A stretch of 64,000 bases of DNA from an uncultured Rhodothermaceae bacterium (GTDB taxonomy: Bacteria > Bacteroidota > Rhodothermia > Rhodothermales > JAHQVL01): NCBI GenBank assembly GCA_964525535.1, contig CAZGHT010000006.1, positions 43,544 through 107,543 on the forward strand, written 5' to 3'. The translations under genes were made by a program, and so were the position numbers. How positions within the stretch are numbered: position 1 is the first letter of the stretch; every line of letters begins with the position of its first letter. Of the stretch, positions 9,422 through 18,902 are shown piece after piece. The notes below the pieces were generated by a model. It searched no databases, had not been told where the DNA came from, and saw only the letters and a list, made by a program, of their open reading frames with translations.

Positions 9422-10486
9422 TTAGTTCATGGGAAACCAGGTGTACTGGCCTGAGCGGTCGATGTATCCGATACGTGGGTTCTCGTTCACATTACCGAGA
9501 AATATTCGTGCAATCCCGCCACGGAAGCCTTCAGCCCCGTCAAAATTTCGCTCCATGGCTACACGGCCGGTTGCCTTGCTGACATAGGTCCAGTTGTTGT
9601 TGATACGCACGGCCGCCATACCTTCATTAAAGGGCTGTGCCTCGTTGAATTCACCGAACACTACGATTTCACCGTCCTTGTTGATGAACTCGAACCCTTC
9701 CTGGTCGACTTCGACGACGGCGAGACCTTCCGAAAAGGCCTCGGCCTGCGTAAATCGGGGCGAGATAACGGGTTCTCCTTTTGTATTCAAGTACCCCCAG
9801 CCCTCTCCCGTCTGGAAAGGAGCGACTTCTTCGGAGAAGTCGCCAAGGTTCTGAACGGTAAGGCTGGGTTGAATCGCCACTTCCCCCGTTTTGTTGATGT
9901 AGACCCATCCTTGCAGGCCTTCAACGGCAGCGAGGCCCCCGGCAAAGGGGCGGGCAAAGCTGAAGCGAGGCTCAATCACCATCTCACCGCGGCTGTTGAT
10001 GTAGCCCCAACGGGTATCGATGCGTACGGCCGCCAGACCCTCAGAGAACCGGTCGGCGACCTGGAATTGCGCCGGGATGACGGCCGTTCCCGAACGGTCG
10101 ATGTAGCCGTAAGCAGCCCCTACTTCCGTGCCCTGGACGGCGGCGAGGCCTTCGGAAAAGTCGCCGACCTCATTGTATTGCGTGGCAATCACTTCACCCT
10201 GGGTTGCGGATACGAATCCCCAGAGACCTCCTACCTGGACGGCGGCGAGGCCTTCGGAAAAGTCGTTGGCAGCGTCGTAAGCGGGTAGAATCGTGATGCG
10301 CCCGAGGCCATTGATGTAGCCCCATTCGCCGTCAATTTTTACCGGATAGAGCTGGTTGGGGTCGCCTTCCAGGGAGTCGCCTTCGTCGGAGAAGAAGTCG
10401 CACCCGGAAAGTGTAAGGCTCAGTAAGCAAATCAAGGCGGTGACCAATGGGCTCACCACCATCATGGGATTCATTCGAACGTTCAT
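9422..10486 (-). CDS. WG-repeat (KWG-like) lipoprotein, paralog of the preceding gene
   Basis: Internal Met gives MNVRMNPMMVVSPLVTALICLLSLTLSGC (lipobox). It has the same WGYI..G...I.P.....FSEGLA repeat. Confidence 0.75.
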   Translation of the reverse strand: MNVRMNPMMVVSPLVTALICLLSLTLSGCDFFSDEGDSLEGDPNQLYPVKIDGEWGYINGLGRITILPAYDAANDFSEGLAAVQVGGLWGFVSATQGEVIATQYNEVGDFSEGLAAVQGTEVGAAYGYIDRSGTAVIPAQFQVADRFSEGLAAVRIDTRWGYINSRGEMVIEPRFSFARPFAGGLAAVEGLQGWVYINKTGEVAIQPSLTVQNLGDFSEEVAPFQTGEGWGYLNTKGEPVISPRFTQAEAFSEGLAVVEVDQEGFEFINKDGEIVVFGEFNEAQPFNEGMAAVRINNNWTYVSKATGRVAMERNFDGAEGFRGGIARIFLGNVNENPRIGYIDRSGQYTWFPMN

Positions 10487-10741
10487 TGTACTATTAGTAT
10501 TATTGCAGGAGGACTTTGTCGCTCTAATTGACAATCGCCGCGCAGCTTCGTCGGTGTATGGCTGGAGGATTCTTTTGTGGGCTCCCATACAATACCTGAG
10601 TGAAAGAGCGTCAGCGGGATCGATACAAAACCTGCCTGAGGATTCAATATGTTCGGTTTGCGTATGAACCGAGAGGCCGGATGCTGAATGCGGCAGGCAG
10701 GGCATTCAACATCCAGCTCCTCAGCTCATCGGATGTTGGTG

Positions 10742-12418
10742 TTATTTGACAAGGATCATCTTCCGCGTTTCCGTCCCTTTGGCCGTACTCAGCTTGTAGA
10801 CGTAGGTACCGCTCGGCAGATTGCGGGCTTCGAAAGTAACCGCATGAGGTCCTGCCGCCTGGTGTCCGTCTACGAGCGTCTGGATGAGCCGGCCATTGAG
10901 GTCGTATACATTCAGCGACACCACGCCCGGATTGCTCAGACTATATGAGATAGTCGTTGAAGGATTGAACGGGTTCGGATAGTTTTGTTTGAGTTCAAAG
11001 CTGTCCGGAACGCCGAAGGCTTCGTTGCTGACCTGGATCTTCTCTTCGACGAGATCCATCCGGGGGAAAGAGGCCCCCATCAGATCGTCAACCTGATCGC
11101 CCGGCAACCCGAACCAGTCCTGGAGAATGCTCGCTGATACCGAACGGAAGTCCGTCGTCGGTTCGGGATCTCCTCCGTACAACTGGCTGACGAGGTCCGA
11201 CTGTTCGCCGAGGACGCCCTGTTTGACGCCTTTGCCAAAGAGCATGAGCGCGCCGCCTGCCCCGTGGTCGGTGCCCTGGGATCCGTTCTCGCCGAGCGTT
11301 CTGCCGAATTCGGAGAAGGTCATAACCATGACGCGCTCGTCGAGACCGTCCTGGGAGAGGTCGTCCAGGAAGGCGCTCACCGAGTTGGCGATCTGGCGAA
11401 GACGGTCGGCATGACGGCCTTCGTTGGAGCCCTGGTTGGAGTGCGTGTCGAAGCCGCCGATCGAAACCGAAAAGATCTGGGTGCCCAGGCCGCCGCGAAT
11501 CAGGCGTGCGATAGAGGCGAGGTCGTCGCCGAGCCCCCCTTCGTAGCCGAAGGTCAGGTTCGTGCCGTTGTTCGCCGCATCCTGAATCGAAGTCACGAAG
11601 CTCAGCGCCGAGTTGGCTACCGAACGGACGTATTTCACGGGGACGCCGTATTCGTACGAGTCGAGACGCTGGTCTTCGGCATCGTAAAGGCCACGGCGCG
11701 CCACTTCTTCGATAAAGCTGGCGTCGCCGAGGCTTACGCCCAGGTTGCCCACCGGGCTGGCGAACAGCGATACAGGACCGCCCAGGTTCAGAGCCGCGGG
11801 GTAATTGAGAATGCCGTTGCTTTCCTGGAGCAGGTTGTGCGCATAGCGGCCCCAGATGCCGGAGTTGAAGTTGGCGTCGCCGCCTCCGATGATCTGCCCA
11901 CTCCCCGTGGCCCAGTTGACGGTGCCGGCGAAGTGCGATCGAGTAGACCGGTTGTAGCCGGTGTTCACTACGGTCGCCAGGTTGCCGTCGTTCCAGACAG
12001 TGCCCAGGCTCTGCATGGCCGGATGAAGCCCGTGATCGTTTGCCAGCTTGATCACATTGGCTTCCGGGATGCGAATGTTCGGGCGGACCCGGTGATATAC
12101 GTCATTCTGGAAGGGGACAACCATGTTGAGGGAGTCGTTGCCTCCGTTCAGCTGGAGAAGAACGAGAATCCGGTTGTTGGCGTTCTGAGAAATGGCATTG
12201 AGCAGCGGGGCATGGCCGAAGGCCGTCACGGACGTGCCGTGCAACATCATAGAAGCGCCTGCGAGCCCCAGACCGGTATGTGTCAGAAAATCGCGCCGGC
12301 TCCAGAGCTCGTGGTCGCGTGTATGCGCGACGCCGTCTTCGAGCCTGCTTCCATAGCGTAGTTTCTCATTGGTCACTTCGTGCTCGTGGTTGCAATGAGT
12401 GTGATTTTTATCTTGCAT
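10742..12418 (-). CDS. DUF1501 (sulfatase-fold) protein with an N-terminal twin-arginine signal and a C-terminal T9SS sorting domain
   Basis: The Tat motif SRRDFLTHTGLGLAGASMML follows a His-rich leader (HTHCNHEHE). The body is DUF1501-like (GGFDTHSNQ, TFSEFGRT, GTDHG). The C-terminus is FELKQNYPNPFNPSTTISYSL...VYDLNGRLI...SGTYVYKL...RKMILVK. Confidence 0.8.
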   Translation of the reverse strand: MQDKNHTHCNHEHEVTNEKLRYGSRLEDGVAHTRDHELWSRRDFLTHTGLGLAGASMMLHGTSVTAFGHAPLLNAISQNANNRILVLLQLNGGNDSLNMVVPFQNDVYHRVRPNIRIPEANVIKLANDHGLHPAMQSLGTVWNDGNLATVVNTGYNRSTRSHFAGTVNWATGSGQIIGGGDANFNSGIWGRYAHNLLQESNGILNYPAALNLGGPVSLFASPVGNLGVSLGDASFIEEVARRGLYDAEDQRLDSYEYGVPVKYVRSVANSALSFVTSIQDAANNGTNLTFGYEGGLGDDLASIARLIRGGLGTQIFSVSIGGFDTHSNQGSNEGRHADRLRQIANSVSAFLDDLSQDGLDERVMVMTFSEFGRTLGENGSQGTDHGAGGALMLFGKGVKQGVLGEQSDLVSQLYGGDPEPTTDFRSVSASILQDWFGLPGDQVDDLMGASFPRMDLVEEKIQVSNEAFGVPDSFELKQNYPNPFNPSTTISYSLSNPGVVSLNVYDLNGRLIQTLVDGHQAAGPHAVTFEARNLPSGTYVYKLSTAKGTETRKMILVK

Positions 12419-12514
12419 GATCGTGAATCGTGAAAATCCAAAAAACTCAGTGAAGAGGGGCTCGAATGTTTGGTGCGCATGGATATGGCACACGATGGCC
12501 CAGTGCACGGTCGT

Positions 12515-14143
12515 TTAGTGCACATTGTACTCGGGCATTTCGCGCGTGAACTTCGCGATGTAGTTCTGGAGTACAATGCGAGCGTTGTTCAGCTCACTGT
12601 TGGAGGCGTTGTTGAGATTGGGCCATTCGTAGTGCGGCATATCGCCCAGCATCACTTTCGACAGGTTCGAAACGATCGGGTCGTTGAGGACATGCGATGG
12701 AGGCGGCTGGTCCGGGTCCCCCGCAAAATCGTCGGATACCTCGCGGATGCTCGAGAGCTGGAGCGGAATGGGAAGGAATGTTTCCGCAAGGTCCGTGGCG
12801 ATTTTGAACGGGTCAGCCGGATCCGATACACGCTTGGCCACTTCGATGGGGTCGAACTGGCCTGCATCTCCACTGGTTATGTCGGCGATGATATTCCAGC
12901 GCTCAGGCAACAGTTGCGTGCTCAACCATTTGTGATCGCCGCGCGCCCCTGCTGAGTCAGGCGGGTTGATGCCTGGCCAGCCGGCAACGTTCGGCGGGTT
13001 GAACAGCTCCATGTTCATGTTGCGCGGTTCGAGTTTTTCCCGGATATAATCCAGTATTTCGTCCGACGGTGAGGTTTCGGTTTCGTTGAGGAAGCCGACC
13101 ATCAGATCGATCGGGCTCTTCACGCGCGAACCATAAAAACCCGGTGAGAAGAAGCGATTGCTGACGAGCAGCGCCCGTACCACGGGTTTAATCTCGAAGT
13201 CGTTGCTCACCATCACCTGAGCCAGTTCTCTGACGAACGCTTCGTCGGGCACCGGGTTGATGAAGTAGACATACAACTTCCGGGTGAAGTACTGCGCGAT
13301 CTGAAGTCCTCGCTCGGCAAAGATGAAGTCGATCAGCCGGTCGTATTCTTCTGCCGGGTCGGCGCTGCCTGCGAACGGCTTGCCGAAGATGACTTTGTTG
13401 CCCGGGTCATGGCGCGAGGATTTGGGTTCCGTGCGGAATCGCTGCTCATCGACCTGCCATCCCGTGAGGACGCGTGCGATGTTGGCGATGTCCGTTTCCT
13501 GATAGTTTTCATTGCCGAAAGAATCGTACTGCCCCATCGTGAAAAGCTCGAGGAGCTCACGGGCGTAGTTTTCGTTCGATCCGGCCGGCTGGCCAAACTC
13601 ATTCGTCGTCGGCACGTTCGAGTTGTTGTCCAGGTAGAACAACATGGCCGGATCCCGCCCGATCTCGTGGATCAGTTCCCTGAAATTCCTCAGCGCGTTA
13701 ATGCGTAGTAGCCGGTAGTACGTGTATCCATAGTAGGGTCTTTCGTATACGTTGTGGCCGGTGACCAGGTGATTGTGGAGCAGCAGTGTCATCTTTTCGA
13801 TGAACCCTTGCTCTTTCATGCGCCATAACCACGCTTTCTGCAGCTCGTAGAGCTCGTCTTCCCCGCCGGCTTCCCGGTCCTTATACCACTGCGGAGATTC
13901 GGGAAGCGCGTTCTGTTCGGCTTCGTCAAGAATGAAGTCTACGGCCTCGGCTGCTGTCAGTCCGATAAATCCATTGACCCTGCGTAGCCGCGCTCCGAAC
14001 TCGGTGCGTGTAACGAGATGTCTCGCGTCCGTTCGCGTCAATGGTTCCGTGTGTTCTGTGATGTCAGAGGCAGCATTGGGGACAGAGTGCGGCTCTGGTT
14101 GTCTTGTAGAGATTCCAAGAAAGCTACGTCTGTTCATGAACAT
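12515..14143 (-). CDS. DUF1800 family protein
   Basis: 542-aa ORF directly upstream of DUF1501, which is the usual pairing. It has ELFTMG and HHG-like family motifs (RELLELFTMGQY). The N-terminal NRRSFLG is not followed by a clear hydrophobic region. Confidence 0.7.
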   Translation of the reverse strand: MFMNRRSFLGISTRQPEPHSVPNAASDITEHTEPLTRTDARHLVTRTEFGARLRRVNGFIGLTAAEAVDFILDEAEQNALPESPQWYKDREAGGEDELYELQKAWLWRMKEQGFIEKMTLLLHNHLVTGHNVYERPYYGYTYYRLLRINALRNFRELIHEIGRDPAMLFYLDNNSNVPTTNEFGQPAGSNENYARELLELFTMGQYDSFGNENYQETDIANIARVLTGWQVDEQRFRTEPKSSRHDPGNKVIFGKPFAGSADPAEEYDRLIDFIFAERGLQIAQYFTRKLYVYFINPVPDEAFVRELAQVMVSNDFEIKPVVRALLVSNRFFSPGFYGSRVKSPIDLMVGFLNETETSPSDEILDYIREKLEPRNMNMELFNPPNVAGWPGINPPDSAGARGDHKWLSTQLLPERWNIIADITSGDAGQFDPIEVAKRVSDPADPFKIATDLAETFLPIPLQLSSIREVSDDFAGDPDQPPPSHVLNDPIVSNLSKVMLGDMPHYEWPNLNNASNSELNNARIVLQNYIAKFTREMPEYNVH

Positions 14144-14721
14144 CCCAAGTTTTGTGCAAAAAAATAGCTAAATGATGTATGAGGGGAACATGGCCTCATG
14201 GGGGTGGAGGGGCACACTTGGGGGGAGAGGCTCGACTTATGGTCGATGCCATACTCATTCCATCTACTATGCCAAACCCTCCGGGTGTGGGCCATCGCAT
14301 ATCGAATAATGAACGGGTGATTCGTACGAGCCCGGTCGCGCACCGCAGGTGAAGTTGGGCTCGTGGGCGGAATGCCAATGGCAGCAGGTAGCGGATAATC
14401 CCCATTTTTTCGGCAGAAAGAGGGATTCTGTCTAAAGGAAAGGGTGGCTGTTTGAGGGGTGGGGGCTCCTCCGTACACAGGTAGTATCAGGCGGATCTTT
14501 GCTTTTCTTAAGCAAAATTCATACAGGAGAGGAAGGCCGTTATTGACGAACGTTTGGTGGACGCCCTTTCGGGAATCACGTTCTGCATGGAGGAAATGCC
14601 AAATCGGGTCCCACTTTGATTCGAGGAGAATGCGGATAGGTAGAATTAGCGCATCCGGAAGGGGATCAAAAGAGGATACCGTGAGCGTTGCACGCGCCGT
14701 TTACATAATGAGATTCGTTTT

Positions 14722-14768
14722 GAGACGAAGTCCCGGCCCCGACTCGATCGGTCTCAGCCGTTATTTTT
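14722..14768 (+). terminator. Imperfect hairpin plus T-run on the plus strand (terminator-like)
   Basis: gagac-gaagtc-ccggcccc-gactcg-atcg-gtctc is followed by agccgTTATTTTT. There is no annotated plus-strand gene upstream. Confidence 0.3.
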
Positions 14769-14774
14769 AGGGAT

Positions 14775-14876
14775 GGATGATACGCATCTGTGCGCCATCG
14801 TTTTGCCCGTACGGCTTTGCACACATGCAAAGCCGCGTAAATAAGCATGCTGTGCACAGTTCGCGTAACATCACTT
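14775..14876 (+). repeat. Single copy of the palindromic interspersed element
   Basis: gatgatacgca...cggctttgca-caca-tgcaaagcc...gctgtgcacagttcgcgtaacatcactt. The right half is near-identical to the 2087-2310 units. Confidence 0.85.
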
Positions 14877-15615
14877 AATGAGACAGGGCATACATGATGA
14901 AGTTGATCGCCATCTGAAAACTCACCGTGGACGCTTCACCGAGGTTGCGGCCAGGCCACTCCCAGCCGTCGCCAATATCCTGATTATAACAGATGACGAC
15001 AACGAGTCTACCGCTGTCGTCGTAGATCCCGAAATAGGTATCTTCCTCCCAGCTGAACTGGGGTTTCGTGCTGAAGGCCTGCAACGGATCGATATCGTAG
15101 AAGATGGACCAGATGGGGTGGTCCTGTTCAAGTTCAACCGGCTCGCGGTCGGGGAAGACTTTTTTGATGTTCATGTAAAAGTTATCCCACTGCGGGCCGG
15201 TCATACCTCTGCCGTAGTCATGAAAATCGTCTACGATCAAAAAGCCCCCCCGGTCGATATATTTCCTGAGGTTCTCGACTTCTTCGTCGTGTATATACCA
15301 GTAACCGGGTTCGGTTATATAGAGGACTGGATACTGGAAGATGTTCTTGTCCCTGAGGGTCAGTACGATAGGTTCGCCAGCGAGAGGCAGTTCGGTAGTA
15401 CGTTCAATGGCTTTGTGCAGGTTGAAATCAGCCGTTGGGTAGTCTGTCGCCCAGGCATTGCGGCGATTCCATCGTCGATATCCGCCTGAGGACTGGTTCG
15501 AGTCGTACTTGACCCGAACAAACCGGAAGCTCTCACTGAGCATGACGGGGGAGGACACCTGGGCCTGCGCGACAGGGGCAAAGCAGAATAGGAGTACGAG
15601 TGACAGGGCGCGCAT
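14875..15615 (-). CDS. DUF4159 domain secreted protein
   Basis: Signal peptide MRALSLVLLFCFAPVAQAQ. It has FRFVRVKY...WATDYPTADFN and GGFLIVDDFH motifs. Confidence 0.7.
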   Translation of the reverse strand: MRALSLVLLFCFAPVAQAQVSSPVMLSESFRFVRVKYDSNQSSGGYRRWNRRNAWATDYPTADFNLHKAIERTTELPLAGEPIVLTLRDKNIFQYPVLYITEPGYWYIHDEEVENLRKYIDRGGFLIVDDFHDYGRGMTGPQWDNFYMNIKKVFPDREPVELEQDHPIWSIFYDIDPLQAFSTKPQFSWEEDTYFGIYDDSGRLVVVICYNQDIGDGWEWPGRNLGEASTVSFQMAINFIMYALSH

Positions 15616-15802
15616 GGCGAAGTATGGCAGCGGACTAATACATCGGTTAGAGTGACAAGAGGCCAGAGAGGAGAACTGTCCTGATTTATTAGTCGCTTAT
15701 GGATACCAAACGTTCCCGGGCAGCCGAAAGTGGATCGAAGTTTTTCCGGGGGCTGCTGGATAAAGACTGCAGCGGTGTGTTACACATCCATGGCTCCGCT
15801 AT

Positions 15803-16210
15803 TCATGCGGCAAGCATGAAACTGATGGCGCGGAACCCGATGAAGCCCAGTAAGGAAATCGCGGTGAGCGTCAAGAGAATTTTAATGCTAAGAGACAGCC
15901 TGTACCACGTTCTAGAACTCGATCGGAACTGTTTCCTTGCGTTGAGCTCCAGCCAGTCCAATAGTTGAGCGGCTTTGAGTGATTCCTGTGCGATCAGGCT
16001 CGCGCCCAACAGGAGGAGTAGGATGCCAGGCACCGGAGTGGGGAGAAACATAATGCCTGCGGCAAAGATGAAGAACCCACAAGTGACGAAGGTCACCTTG
16101 TTGAATAGACTACGCTGCCCTTCATTGCGTTGCCAGAAGAGTAGCTGAAAGCGCTTTCCGGGAGGGTAATTCTTGAGTTGTTTCCAGGTAAAATTAGATC
16201 TGTGCAACAT
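15803..16210 (-). CDS. PGPGW-family small membrane protein
   Basis: The TPVPGILLLLLGASLIAQES segment lies between predicted TM helices. Confidence 0.55.
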   Translation of the reverse strand: MLHRSNFTWKQLKNYPPGKRFQLLFWQRNEGQRSLFNKVTFVTCGFFIFAAGIMFLPTPVPGILLLLLGASLIAQESLKAAQLLDWLELNARKQFRSSSRTWYRLSLSIKILLTLTAISLLGFIGFRAISFMLAA

Positions 16211-16454
16211 GTACGGATGAAGTCAAAGGGCCGCGAAAGAAGACCGTGATTAAAGCACTCTACGTGTCGTCGGTTGGTTCCGAGAAAAGTCAAGAGAGAG
16301 CACCAATCGGGGGGTATTTTTCAATGCCCGTTGCAGTCAAACGATGTGCCAATTCCTCCGTGTCCTACGTCTGGCGGTGAAATTGAACGACGCGGGCGGC
16401 CCGTTGGCCTCTATGAATTTACGATGCAGGTGAAAAGCCGGCCCCGGCAAACGC

Positions 16455-17735
16455 CTACCCGATGCGCTCGAAACCCGTATAGGCGTGAAGCGCCTCCGGG
16501 ATCAGAATCGAGTGATCCGCTTGCTGGCCGTTTTCAAGCAATGCTGCGACAATGCGGGGCAAGGCCAGTGCGCTTCCGTTGAGTGTATGAACATGGGTCG
16601 GTTTCTTTTCGCCTTCTTTTCGGTACCTGATGTTCATACGTCTGGCCTGAAACGCTTCGAAGTTCGAGATGGAGGACACCTCGAGCCATCTGTCCTGGCC
16701 GGCGGCCCAGACCTCGAGGTCGTATTTTTTCGCCTGGGTGAAGCCCATGTCGCCGGTGCACATCAGCAGTCGACGATAGGGGAGCTCCAGCCTGTTCAGC
16801 AACCGCTCGGCGTCGTTGCGCAGGGTTTCCAGGGCCTCGTAACTGGCCTCGGGCTGGACGAAATGAACGAGTTCGACTTTGTCGAACGCATGTAGACGAT
16901 TCAGCCCGCGAACCTCTTTGCCATATGAACCGGCTTCACGACGAAAACACGGGGTGTACCCGCAGTATTTGACGGGAAGATCGATTTCATTGAGCAGTTC
17001 GTCGCGGAGAAAGTTGGTGATGGGTACTTCGGCCGTGGGGATGGCATACAGGCCGTCCCGAGGCACCTCGTACATCTGGTCTTCTTTGTCTGGCAGTTGT
17101 CCCGTTCCGGTGGCACTGGCTGCATTCACGAAAAGGGGGGCCTGGAGTTCAGTGTAGCCCGCGGTACCGGTCGCCTCGTCGAGGAAGAAATTGATCAAGG
17201 CACGCTGCAGCCGGGCGCCTTTCCCCCTGTAGAATGGAAACCCTGCGCCGGTGACTTTCGACCCGCGCTCGAAGTCAACCAGGCCATGGCGTTGCGTGAG
17301 CTCCCAGTGAGGAAGCGGCGCGAAGTCGAACGCCGGGAGGCCGTCGGATTGCCAGACCACCTGGTTATCCTGGTCGGTTGTACCGATGGGGACCGAAGCG
17401 TGAGGGATGTTGGGGATGTCCAGAAGAGCGGTATCGAGTTGATCCTGTATCGTACGCGCCCGTTCTTCGAGGGTTTTTTGGTGCTCTTTGAGGCGAGCGG
17501 TTTCGGTTTTTTTCTCGTCGGCCTCCTCGCGCCGGCCTTCGCGCATCAACTGGCCTATTTCTTTAGAAAGGGCATTCGACGAAGTTTGCAGTTCTTGAAG
17601 ATCGGTGAGTACGTGCTTGCGTTCAGCGTCGAGTTTCAGGGCTTCATCGATAACCTCAGTATTGGAGTACCCTTTGTTTTCCATCGCCACGCGAACGCGG
17701 TCAGGTTCGCTCCGGAGTAGTTGTATGTCGATCAT
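16455..17735 (-). CDS. serS: Seryl-tRNA synthetase
   Basis: N-terminal MIDIQLLRSEPDRV with a coiled-coil arm. Class II core (FRREAGSYGKEVRGLNRLHAFDKVE; GSALA.PR). Confidence 0.95.
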   Translation of the reverse strand: MIDIQLLRSEPDRVRVAMENKGYSNTEVIDEALKLDAERKHVLTDLQELQTSSNALSKEIGQLMREGRREEADEKKTETARLKEHQKTLEERARTIQDQLDTALLDIPNIPHASVPIGTTDQDNQVVWQSDGLPAFDFAPLPHWELTQRHGLVDFERGSKVTGAGFPFYRGKGARLQRALINFFLDEATGTAGYTELQAPLFVNAASATGTGQLPDKEDQMYEVPRDGLYAIPTAEVPITNFLRDELLNEIDLPVKYCGYTPCFRREAGSYGKEVRGLNRLHAFDKVELVHFVQPEASYEALETLRNDAERLLNRLELPYRRLLMCTGDMGFTQAKKYDLEVWAAGQDRWLEVSSISNFEAFQARRMNIRYRKEGEKKPTHVHTLNGSALALPRIVAALLENGQQADHSILIPEALHAYTGFERIG

Positions 17736-17741
17736 GAAACG

Positions 17742-18668
17742 TTAAGAAGTTGTCACGGGGAGGCCCAGGCGGGCGCCCAGGTGAGCCAGGCAATGCTCTA
17801 ACGAACGCGGTTTATATCCGAATTCAGTCTCGGCTTTGAGAATGATGAACCCCGTTCGAGGCGGCCTGGCGGCAGTTTGATTCAGGGTGACGCTGTCGAT
17901 GCGTTCGACCAGGGAGGAATCTAAATCGAAAACGGATGCAATTTTCTGAGCGAACGCAAATACCGATAAAAATTCACGCCCGGACAGGTGGTAGACTCCT
18001 CTCTTGTCGTAACGAATCAACTTGTGGAGGCCCTGTGCCAGATCAGGCGCGTAGGTGGGCGATCTCCACTGATCGTCTACGACACGAATTCGGTTCCCCG
18101 CGGAGAGCTGATCGATGACCCAGAGGGCAAAATTGGATCGACTCAACTTGTTTCCGGTGCCGAAGACCAGCACAGTCCGGGCGATCGCCCAGTTGAGAAG
18201 CCCGGCCTTGCGCACGGCATTTTCGGCCGCGAGTTTGGATTTGCCATAAAAGTTGACCGGGTCGGGGCGGTCTGTTTCGCTGTACGGGCCGTTGGCCCCG
18301 TCGAATACGAAGTCGGTAGAGATATGGACCAGCTTAGTCCCGGAGTGCTGGCAATAACGAACCAGATTCTCGACGGCTTCTACGTTAATTTCCCAGCAGG
18401 CTTGTTTTTCCCGCTCACACGCATCGACGTTCGTCATTGCCGCGCAGTTGACTATGACATCCGGGGTAAAGTCCGTCATCAGGTTGCGAACGTCCTTATA
18501 CTGGGTCAAGTCGAGGGGGGCATAGCCAAAAGAACCTCCAGATAAACGAGACTCTTCATCCCTGGCGGTAGCCAGCACGTCGAACTCAGGATGGCGGCTC
18601 ATGACGGCAACCAACTCCTGACCCAGTAATCCGTTTGCACCTGTAATGAGTACTCGTTGATACAACAT
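17742..18668 (-). CDS. rfbD: dTDP-4-dehydrorhamnose reductase (RmlD family)
   Basis: VLITGANGLLGQEL Rossmann motif, YGKSKLAAE catalytic motif and RmlD-like length (308 aa). Confidence 0.75.
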   Translation of the reverse strand: MLYQRVLITGANGLLGQELVAVMSRHPEFDVLATARDEESRLSGGSFGYAPLDLTQYKDVRNLMTDFTPDVIVNCAAMTNVDACEREKQACWEINVEAVENLVRYCQHSGTKLVHISTDFVFDGANGPYSETDRPDPVNFYGKSKLAAENAVRKAGLLNWAIARTVLVFGTGNKLSRSNFALWVIDQLSAGNRIRVVDDQWRSPTYAPDLAQGLHKLIRYDKRGVYHLSGREFLSVFAFAQKIASVFDLDSSLVERIDSVTLNQTAARPPRTGFIILKAETEFGYKPRSLEHCLAHLGARLGLPVTTS

Positions 18669-18902
18669 GATGATTGAAGCAGTCCTGGGGGCCCGCGGCC
18701 CATATAAGGTCTATCTAAAAGCGTTCTAGTTGGTCTATACTACGTTATGTATTGCCTACCTCAAGATAGGGTAAATTCCGGAGATGTGTAATTAAACAAC
18801 AATAAGATGTTCGGGTACCACGCCGGGGGGCCCTCCGAGGAATCCCTGTGCAACCCTGGCACGTTTAAATGGACGTCCCAGAACGGGTTCTGGGTTCCCC
18901 GG

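Noticed and set aside
14330-14420. Weak resemblance to a c-di-GMP-I (GEMM) riboswitch (gcaggtagcggataatcccc, ggcggaatgcc)
   Set aside because: The conserved ACGCAAAGC and GGUAGCGGGGUUACC blocks match only partially. I could not build the two-hairpin architecture by eye, and there is no downstream plus-strand gene to regulate. An Infernal scan is needed before any call.
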